Source: Balanoglossus misakiensis (lineage: Eukaryota; Animalia; Hemichordata). From it: DNA of 64,000 nt. The position numbers and the translations under genes were made by a program. Of this stretch, positions 29,601 through 40,006 are shown in pieces. The stretch spans positions 2,720,345 to 2,784,344 of the forward strand of contig CM082579.2 of assembly GCA_040954595.2 (NCBI GenBank). Reading direction: 5' to 3'. The notes beneath the pieces are model-generated. The model was given only the letters and a program-made list of their open reading frames with translations. It did no database searches and was not told where the DNA came from. Each line of letters begins with the position of its first letter. The first letter of the stretch is position 1.

Positions 29601-32600
29601 CGCAGGGTGTGGAAACGTGTGGGATTTTTCAGTCGGCAGCTGTTCTCGTTTAGCGAAACTCTAGTAATTGGACCAAACAGTTTACCAGTGTTATAGGAGG
29701 GTGGTTATTGGCACTGATATCACTTCACAAGTATAGGTCCATTAAACTCAAGCATTGAGAGACTTCCTACGGATTTTTCCCCATTCCCGTTGAAAGTGAT
29801 CAGAAATTTTTACAGGGGGCATTATCTAGATGGGAATCTTGAGAGGTCGCGACCTCAGAAGTAGCTGTCACCCAGCCCATGCCATCAATGATTACAGTTT
29901 ACAACTTGAAGTGCAACATTAAACTGGTATCACCACCATAAACTGGTGGGTGTACTAAACAGCAGGGAGATTTTTTCCGTATTTGCAAACATACACCCCA
30001 GTCGGTAAACATCATCCCTGGAAAATATAAATCCTTAAGTGTCATTTGTCATCTGCTGCGGCTTTCTTCCCCTTTTCCTTTGTCGGCTTATAAATTGCTT
30101 TGGAGACGTCGCAGTTCATGTGAAGAAAGGAGTTGATTGATAAAAAATGTGCTACATGAACTCATATTTGTCTCGAGTACATCAACTATGTAATCAGTGA
30201 GATAATCGCCAACAAAGTGAACCAGCTGTTTTTTTCTGCCAATTTTGATATCTGATGAAAGAAAATAACAGCCAGAGTCTGACTTTCTTCTTCTAAGGAA
30301 TAGAAAATAAATAACTAATGATTTATTTTGCTCATCTCTGACATATACTGTGGAAATCGCATTCCAAGGTAATACTGTCTCAGTGAGGGCAATAATTTGA
30401 AGTCACAACTTTTCAGAGCAATCACAGATCTGTCTGCAGCTTTTAATATTTGTCCTTGACATGACTAACACTGATTTCACATATATCACATTACAGGAGA
30501 GTACACTGATTATTGACCAGTGCCAAGACGCAACACCAAATTATTGCTTTGCTTCCAGCAGTGGAGAAGGGAAAAACACGTAAGTACCTCTGTTGGTTGT
30601 TTCTACCAATCTAATTCATGGTACTCGCTTGATCATTCTTTCTCTTATACATGTACTTTATTTTTCCCATATTGGTCTTCCATAAGACTGCCCTGCAGTC
30701 AGCTTTCAGTCAGCATTTCCCCTCAAAAATTTTACTTGTGAAATACTAGTGTGTTGCTGACATCTTGTTGTTTTGCCTAACTCTACTTGCTCACCAAATA
30801 TCTACTCTGGTTGACTAACCCCCTCACAGGCAACTGGATCTGGACGGTGTTCCACTAAACATCGGCGGCATCAAGTCTGTAGAATCTATCGCCCTTCACC
30901 CTGGCCAGCTCTCGACGACAGACTTTGTGGGCTGCATGCGCGATCTCTACATCAACGGGAATTTCTACGATCTCAAACAGCCGCTAGACATCTTTGGTGT
31001 CACCAGTCGATGTCCGCGTGACGAGGAAAAATGCACCAGCAACCCGTGCCAAAATGGTGGCACCTGTATCGATGAATGGTGGACCTACCGATGTAGCTGT
31101 CTGGAAGGTTTCATGGGTCAACACTGTGAAGCAGGTACGTCAAAGGGACACTACCTGTAACTTTTGTAAATTTGTCTAGGCAAACATAGTGCCCTTAGTG
31201 AAACATTTTGCTGAAAAAACATCCTCTTACCAAATTGTAGTATTTGCTTTGGTCCAAAAGCTGTTTTTATTTTGTTTCAAGATGTTCACAGTGTATGCAT
31301 AGAGACAGACACGTAAGCCATATTGTGAGTTTTGAATATTTTATTGTTGCAATTTTCAGAGATGACATCATTCACATTTGCCGAGGGCAGCTTTGTCAAG
31401 TATGTGATCAAGGATAGCTTCCGCAGAAACCAGCTCTTGGAAGGAGCCAACAAACGGAAGAGACGGGCTTCTGACAACACTCAGAAGGCAACATTGGGAA
31501 TCCGCACACGGCAGAGCAATGGACTCTTGCTCTATGTTGCAGACTCTGACGATTTGTACACCATACTAGAGGTAATGTACCAGACCAATTCAGACCAATT
31601 GGTATTGCTCTATCTGATACTTGTAATTTTTATTCTAAATAGCTAGTACAATTTTTGCTAGATCCTGAGGCATTTTTCACTCATCTATAAGTACCTTCAT
31701 TTTCAGGTAAAAGATAAGAAAGTCATGTACAGTTTCAAGTCCGGAGTGGCTGGAAGTTATTCCTTGACAGTGGAAGGTGTGGAGGTGTCCGACGGTCAGT
31801 GGCATTCCGTGGAATTGGTGAAGAACGGACACGCTGTCACGGTGACGGTGGACGGAGGGAATGAAGTCAGTGAAAACTTTGACATCCCGCCTCACAATTT
31901 TGTCAGCATCACCGTGCAGGACATGTTTGTTGGTGGAACTGAGCAACCACTCTCTCATGAAGGACGGCAACTGAATGGTCAGTAATCCAGAAATTCTTTT
32001 GCCAGTTCTTTTTTACTAGTCAGTTCTCAATGACTGCCATCGATCTGTTTGATTAATACTGTGTGTGTGTGTGTGGTGTGGTAGTAACAATGACAAAGGG
32101 GATTTTGGCATGTTACTGGTAGAATGTGCTAGGATTTGTAACCCCAACGAAGTACTGGTTTGCTCCATGATAAAGGAGTTACAATGTATGGTTTGAGAGG
32201 AAAATGAGAAATTTAGGTTCAGAAGAATTTTTTCCCCTTGAAATTCTAAACGTTTTGTCTCTATCTCTTTCTTCGTAGGTCTTGATGGTTGCATTGACTC
32301 GTACAAGCTGAATGATGTAGTAATGCCATTTGTCGGTGAGAATGAAATGGTTGTTGCTGAGCCCTCAGACAGTGGCGGGGAACCCGGGGGCTGCGATGGT
32401 TCCGATGTCTGCAATCCGGATCCCTGTCCGGAGGGACACTACTGCAGGGATGACTGGGAAGAGTACAGCTGTATCCCGGAAGGGGCGTGCGAGTCCAACC
32501 CGTGTCAGAACAATGCCACGTGTGTCCCGGAAGAGAATGGTGCCGGTTACCAGTGCTTGTGTTCCGGCGATTTTTCCGGCGTTCACTGCGAAGTTCCGCC

Positions 32601-34182
32601 TGCCTGTCAGGAAGATCCGTGTCAGGATAACGAGGAGTGTTCCGCTGACGGAAGTGGTGGACACGTGTGCTCTCCGATCGTCGGACCGGATGATGGATCG
32701 AGCTGGGTGATACCTGTGGTGGTGACTCTCTGCATCATACTGGTTGTGTGTGTGATTGTGATCGTCTGCATTGTGATGCGCCGCAAGAAGAAAAAATTCC
32801 AGGATCACAGCAACAAACCTACAGACTCAGCCATCGTGAATCTGGACAGCGTTGGTGCAGTGAACGAAGCCTACATCGGAGAAAACGGAGGGAAGACCCA
32901 CTCTCCCACAAACAGTGAAAAGGTCCGGTTGGGAATACACGGACAGCAGCCTGACATCATCGAAAACGAAAAGAAGAAGATAAACTTGGATGATGACACG
33001 GTGATCATCGAGGGGGAGGATTTGGTATCCAATGGCGTTTTGTTTAACGATGATATTGACATGCCGGAACATTATGATTTAGAAAATGCAAGCAGCATTG
33101 CACCTTCAGATATCGATCTGACGTCTCACTACATGCGTTACAGAGAAGGCAGGCAGCCACGCATGTTCAAGCCAAGTGGCGGTCATAAACACGGCTCCAA
33201 GAGTCCCAATCACTTGCTTGTGTATCACGCACAGGCGAGACAAAGCCCACTGAGTCATTTATCAAGGCAGAGCCCCAGTCTCTTCACACCGACTTCCCGA
33301 CAGAGCCCACTTTCGCACGGTTCCAGGCAAAGCCCGATTCCCATGCAAGGGCAGATGCCCCACACCCGAATCAGCCCACACATTATGAGCAGGACCTCGC
33401 CGATCAAGGAACTGTCGGCCAGTCGGACTAACTCTGAACAGAGTTTTAATCACAGTGAACTTCGCAGCGAGCCGGGTTTCCGTAGCAACGTGAGCTCGGC
33501 AAGCGAACGCTCTAAAAGGACTAAAAGTCCAACTGGACATTTACCAAACAGCCGGCCAAGCAGTCGGCTGAAAAGTCCAATAACTGTGGCTGTAGACGCA
33601 GACGCCGAACAGCCAGTGGGGCTGTCTGCAGAAGAAGTCGCCATGCTTAATAACAAAAGAACTTACGAACAAGTCGGCAGTTTGCCGAGCACTCTGGATG
33701 GTCTCTCGTCAACCAGCACGGACCATCCGGAAGAGAGGCTTTCCTTTCCCATTGCGGAAAACTTGCTTGAAGCCCCGGAAACCTCCACGGATGAAAGCAA
33801 TGACTCATTTACATGTTCGGAGTACGACTTCGATCGGGAAAAATTAAAATTTGCTGAATTTGATCCGAGGAAGATGATATTTTCGAAACTTGCCGAGGTG
33901 GAGAACGAGGAGGAACCGAACTTGGGCGACTCAAGTCTGACGTACAATTATGAAGGCATTGACTCCGCAGGGGGTTCACTTAGTACTTTACAAATTTCAG
34001 AAGATGAAATTCCGCGAGTGGCTGTGAAGCCACCCAATGGACACTTCAGTTGGGATTATTTATTGAACTGGGGACCAAGTTTTCAGAATCTTGTTGGGGT
34101 TTTTAAAGACATAGCACTTCTAGACGATGCAAATATCACAATGAAATTGGAAAGAGACCCGATTGAAGAGGAGTATGTGTAA
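17646..34182 (+). CDS. FAT4: Protocadherin Fat4 / Fat-like giant cadherin, 3' part (5' exon(s) lie upstream of the window)
   Basis: Hand-spliced GT-AG exons: 17646-18197, 18353-18554, 18766-19899, 21622-21802, 21967-22229, 22340-27147, 30497-30579, 30830-31134, 31360-31571, 31707-31977, 32279-34182. Total 9915 nt, frame continuous, 3304 aa + stop. About 18 cadherin repeats (LDRE, DxD, DxNDN motifs), EGF repeats, two laminin-G domains and a TM helix (WVIPVVVTLCIILVVCVIVIVCIVM). Cytoplasmic tail has Fat/Fat4 boxes HYDLENASSIAPSDID, GLSAEEV, SFTCSEYD, FSWDYLLNWGPSF and ends in EEYV. Confidence 0.95.
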
Positions 34183-36045
34183 AGCCTTTACTGATGATGA
34201 GGAGGCTTCCAGTTTCAAGTTATGCAAAAATGATAAAAATGCAGTCATGCGTCTAAACTTAGCTCTCGGTGAAGCAGTAAATGGCTGTGTATCATTTCCT
34301 TCCAGTCTTATCTGCTCTGTGATGAAATATTTGCACTGGACGCCTTTTATATAAAAAAATCCTAATTTGCAAGCACTCCTATTAGTCAGGATAACTGAAA
34401 CTTGACAAAATTATCTCCATTGATTACCAGTATGTATCTAATTCTGTCTTATGCAGACAACCACTCTTCAAATGATAAATTCAGGGATAGAGCTCCCCCA
34501 TAATTTCAATTCAAAATGAAATATTTATACTTGGTCAAGTGGCAGCGAATGCTGACACGTGAACTCAAAAGTTGGACGATCAATTTTGTGCTTGCCCAGA
34601 TATCAGAAACTGCCAGTAATTGTTTTATTTTTCTGTATCAAAATGATCACCTGTCTTCTGTTTTCAACTTAGGGTGGATAAATCGAACATGGCATCCAGT
34701 AAATGAAATGTTGACAGCAATAATCACTGTGGCCTTTCAAAAAAATGCTGCATAGCAGTTGGTTTTTAACTAAATGCATGTTTTGCATTAATTATAATAA
34801 ATCAGGAGTATTCTTTTTTTATTTATAATATCAGTTTTATGTAATTCGAGGAACTGTCAAGTATGATGTATTTATCAAAATTTACTATTTTCATAAATTA
34901 GAATCTGGTTTCCATTCTATCAACATACATGTACTCACAATTTTTATACATATTCATCTATTTTATGATATATTGTATGGAATAATGCTGAGAACCATTT
35001 CTTCTCAGTTGATATAACTGGTTTCTTGTGCATGCATGTAACAGAGGTGAAATCTTGTCTTTTGTCCATTTTTGACGGGGAAAAAAATCTGACACCTGGC
35101 ACATAAAAGGTATCAGATCACAAACAATCAGGTATATTTTTCTATTTTGTCTAAATGGAAGAGAAATTTGAAAGACTAAAAAAAATGAATGAATCATTTC
35201 TCGACGTCTAACCCTTATTTATGTTTTGAAATATAGCTTTTCCTGTAAATAAAATATGCATTATTTGCTGGGGATTTCTTTGCACATAAAGACTTCTGGC
35301 ATGCAACCTTAGTTTTCTTATAGTGTTGGAAGTTGAATGTTCAGACAGGATATTTGAAAGAAGAAGTGAGAGGAGTTTCCTTTTCATGATTTTGATGCGT
35401 CTTCTTGAGGGAAGAGCTTCAAATCCACCCTTGGTGCCCACATGTAACCAATTGTGCATGCTGACGTTTTTATTTTATTTTTCAGTAATGATGATAATTA
35501 TAATCTCTCTCGAAAGAATTAACAGCTGTTAGATTAGTTCAATTACAAATCAGGGAGGGTGTTGATCTACATGTCTTTTTTACTTCCTATACTGTTTTAA
35601 GCCAGTTATCATGTGGCTGTCCCATAAAACCTCTGCACTCACCACACCCCCACCCCACCCCATCCACCCCCACTTCATTATATGCAGTGGTTATACCTGT
35701 ATTAACATGCAGGTCAGGTCAGGCATGGGAAATTTTACTGGGGAGGGTGAGGGTGTGATGTGTATGCAAATGGTGGAGTAATGAAGCAGGATTTCTGGTG
35801 AAATACATTGTATATGCATTCATAGAACACCTGATGATTACTTGAAATTGTTTCTTGCAAACCCTGTCACTTTTTGGTTGAACAGAAAATAGAAAGCCCC
35901 TCCCGTCAAAGCAATCCCCATTCTTGTTGAGTTTTACTTTCCCCCAGTGTATCATAAGAAATGTAGTTTTAATTTTGCTGCATATTAATATCATATGGTA
36001 AAAGCCTTGCTCGTTTTAAGGATCAGAGTTATTTTCAATTTTTGA

Positions 36046-36051
36046 AATAAA
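36046..36051 (+). terminator. Candidate polyadenylation signal of Fat4 (3' UTR ~1.9 kb)
   Basis: AATAAA followed by a G/T-rich tract (ggtgttgaaattgtttttg), close to the opposite-strand signal of the NXPE gene. An earlier AATAAA near 35250 is an alternative. Confidence 0.45.
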
Positions 36052-36200
36052 ATATAAAAATAAGTATTTAAAATATGGTGTTGAAATTGTTTTTGAATTT
36101 GGGGATAATTTCCCCATTGTTTGCCAACTGGTGGTGATGTGTCGACCTCTCTATACATACAAAGAAGGAAGGTGTGTTGTGTACAACATTTTCAAACCCA

Positions 36201-36206
36201 TTTATT
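36201..36206 (-). terminator. Candidate polyadenylation signal of NXPE paralog A
   Basis: TTTATT on + (AATAAA on -), ~435 nt past the stop codon at 36641. Confidence 0.45.
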
Positions 36207-36640
36207 CAAACGTTAAAAATCTAAAGCAAATCAAACACCAAACTGACATGAAAATGACACGTGAATATTCTTAGCCGTGTCAAACAAATGGAATTTCTAA
36301 AACTTCTCTAGAGGGCGCCATCTATGTGCGAACCCGACAATTGCGCACATTTTTAATGCTAAATGCTAGTTCCAAGTTAGAATGCAAATATTAAAAGAGC
36401 TTTAAATTACTATTTCAGTTATCAACGTTTGCATTTCCATGATTAACAGTTTGCATTTGTTTTCAATTTTGCATAGCAACGTCCAGTGATAGGCGCCAGG
36501 CGGCGTCTTTACTTTTGGCTTGGTCTTCGCTCGTCCCAGAACTGCCTCTGTCGCAAACAGCAAAGACTGAGCAAAGCTAATGACACTGTATATCGCTACA
36601 GCTGATTTTAATCAGACTGCACGCGAATTGGCAATACAAT

Positions 36641-39180
36641 CTAAGGACACAGTAATGAAAGAAAATGTGACACTTCTTGTCTGATCAGTGGCACTGGCAT
36701 CGCTGAACGATTTGGCGCTGGATAGCTCAGATTCATGTCCCACACATCCAAAAAATAAAACCCCTTCACTCTAAATATTTTCTTCAGCAGTTTGTTCATC
36801 TCGTACAGAATGTAATCACTGCTGTGAATATGGGAATCGAGTTCCAGATGGTCTCTGGCTTTCGTTCCTTTGATGGCAACAAATGTGTTCGGACAACGCC
36901 CCCGCAGGCGGAGAAGAGCTTCCTTGATGAGCACCATTCTCTCTTTGTAGCTTTCCAGGGGCCACTGCAGGAAATTGATGTACGAGCTGACGATGACGAC
37001 GTAGTTGCAGGAAATGTTGCTAAGCTCTTCTATGATATCTACCTCGTACATGGTGTCGTCCACGTTTACAGGGATGCTGGAAACTGGCCACGGCGGCGCG
37101 TGGAAAGTGAAGTTCATCTCTTTGGTTGAAATCGCCCCGTGGTACACTGGCCGGTTGCTTCTCGTCTTCAGGTGACCCGACAACTCCAGCAGGGCTTCCG
37201 AAAATTGTTTCACAGAGTCGCCAATGGTGAATATCTGTTTACCGCGGAGGCAGGTGCGTATATCGGACAGGGGTGCTTTCTCCCAGGTCCGCACATCACA
37301 GACCAATGACATCCACCTGTTTTCAATCCAATATCCGACCACCTGTTTATCTTGTGGGTGTGCCACTTTCTTGCAAGATGGCAGCTTGGTGGTCACTTGT
37401 CTTCTCCTTTCTGGGCGAGAAAGAAAGATCGCGGTAAGGGATTATCGACTCATTTACGGCACGAAAAATAATCACCAGGGAAATGGCTAGCCTCGCTTGC
37501 CAGACTTCGAACCCATGCGCGGAATAGGACGAGAGGAAAGGGCGTGGTGGGTACGTGAGCTCTCGAGGCATTACCGCTCATTTTATTCGAAGAGCAGACT
37601 CGATGTCTGGCAAGATAGGCTAAGGTATGGCTAAATTTTAGTGTACATGTGCTTGAAATGCAAACCAGGAGGTGACTGCACTGTTGTCTTCATTAGTATC
37701 TGTAAGCATAACAATAATTGTGAGAATGGTCAATATTTTGTGTTCAGTTTGCGTGGGCATTGACTCACCTTTGACGCTTATTACTGCAACTTCATAAGAT
37801 GTTTCCATGGTAACAGAGCTGAAAGAAAGAATACGAAGAACTAAGTCTTGCTGGTTTCAATCTAGTTGGGTATATTCAATATATGTGGGAAATATTGAAA
37901 CTGAAATGGAGAAAAGACGACATTTTTGAAGAAACTGTACTTCTTTATTTCTAAGTTGGGTGTATAGGTCATTTTTTCACAGTTTACCTGTTGAATAAAT
38001 GTTCCTTGGCTCTGATCATTTCCCGTGCCGATTTTCCAATGGATGTATAATTGATACTCGTTGAATGCAGAGCAGTGCATGGTAAGCTAAGGGGTAAATC
38101 GCACTCGAATGACATATTCCCAAGCGCAAGTGGATTTCGAAAATGACACGATTGGCTTTCTGCGGCAACCCCTCTGGCAAGAACGCATCGCGTCTCTTCG
38201 TTCTTCTCTTCGGCGCGGAAATATCCGATCCAAGTTTCCTTGTCGTCTGCTGGCCACCAGACATACCGCAGCCACTGAGCGGCCGGACCGCTGTAAGCAA
38301 GTGTCAGATCGACGAGTGCGTAGGATTTCCAAGCAGCATGGAAATACACGCTGTAAGTGCCATTGTCGTGGTCGACAACTCTCCCTGTCATGCGCGTCTT
38401 TTGAAAGGTATTGTACATCACCGCGTACCAGAGATCGCCGCCATGGGAACGCTGTCGCCCATCTACATCATACGTTGCTATGGAGAGGTGTAACGTGTCG
38501 CCAACATGTATATCATCAGTGCCCTGCAACCATCTGACCACGCTGCGCTGGAGACTAGTAGGACTTTCCGCGATAAGTGCCTCAATGTCTCTCAAATCGT
38601 AATTCTCGTCATCGTCATCTTCATCTCTATAGACGGTGGTTTCTTCCGGGACCCGTGTTGTCGGGGTTATCGTTGTATTTCTGAGCTGAACCGCCGGATT
38701 AACAGTAGTTCTCTTAACCTGGACCTTGTCAATCAAAACTGGCCGTGTTTTATAGTCATGTAGCGTCTGTAAGATACTGGGACCATGCTCCACCACTCCG
38801 ATTTCTCTCATCTGAAACAAAGTTGTAGAATCGATTGGCACCACAGTATATTTGTCAATTATGAGTGGGATAAAACCGTGCCAAAATTGCTAGCCACGAC
38901 TTAACATTGATGTTCGATATTTATAGTTGTCAAATTTAGAAAACCCAAAGGTCCCAACAAATAATTCTTTTTATACCCCCTCCATGAAGTTTGCCTTTCA
39001 CATCAGCAACCGTCATCGTGGCAGTGATGATTAATTGATAATGATCTGAATATAGTCACCCTGATCAACATGCATGAAAACAGCCGACCAACTTACCACA
39101 AAAAGCACTGAGACGACCAATATTGCAACCAGGAAATATTTCACCCGTTTTCGCCATCCCCCTCTCCTTGCCATGTCCAT
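36641..39180 (-). CDS. NXPE family protein (neurexophilin/PC-esterase), paralog A, probably catalytically impaired
   Basis: Exons 39180-39097, 38811-37988, 37818-37769, 37410-36641 (1728 nt, 575 aa, all GT-AG, frame continuous). Type II signal anchor (KYFLVAILVVSVLFV), NXPE motifs GGDLW, GRVVDHDNGTYSVYF, GDS and FLDVWDM. Confidence 0.9.
37488..37622. mobile_element. 135-bp MITE with TAG...CTA termini (Academ-like) in intron 3 of NXPE paralog A
   Basis: 18-bp TIRs TAGCCTCGCTTGCCAGAC / GTCTGGCAAGATAGGCTA (2 mismatches) around a GC-rich core. Degenerate 9-bp flanks GGAAATGGC / AGGTATGGC. The superfamily call is an inference. Confidence 0.65.
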
Positions 39181-40006
39181 TTCCACAAGAACAAGTCTGT
39201 GAAGATTAACTCGCTCTATGTAAACAGCGCCTCCACAGTTTTGCGAGGCTGCAAAAAATTATATATTTGAATATTGTATAAAGATATATATAATATTTAA
39301 TCCTGAATCACATGCAAGTATGCGTCATGATTTCGTAATGTAATGATTACCCTAAACGTTATCGTTGTTTTCAAAATTTCTGAAAAATATATAAGAAAAC
39401 GATTGGCCGTTTGAATCTGCTCACGTGACTGATAAATTAAATCATTTGTAGGAAATCAATGAATAGTGTACAGCATTACGCACAAATCTATCGATCATAT
39501 CACATTATCACAGTACTTGACTCCACACGTTGTTCGCTTTCACGGAACTCATTTTATCAATGCAATGCTTTACATGGATTTAGGGTTTGGTACATGGGTC
39601 ACAGCTATAAAACCGCACTTACCTGGACTGACATATCTCAAAATTTGTCTCGAATACCTTCAGGAGCTTATCAACTGGTCTGTGACTGAATCGTGCGATA
39701 GAAACAATAACGTGCAAGATCGTACCATGATCGTACCGGTTGTGCCCGGTAGTGAAGATGGCGGAATATTGTCGGTTAATTATTAACCAAACCCTGCAAA
39801 TGATTCACGAAGCTAAGTACCGACATGTCTGAGTGGAGCCTGGAATACAGTCAAGCTTCGTTCTGGTTCTGTTTACTGTTTTGTGGTACATTTATTTTAT
39901 TTAAAAAACAGCTTAAAATAAATTAAGCTAATCTCTCATCAACTCTACTTCCAACTCGTTTGTTTAGAACCATCACCTTAGTCATTCTTCCAACATGTCA
40001 ATAACT

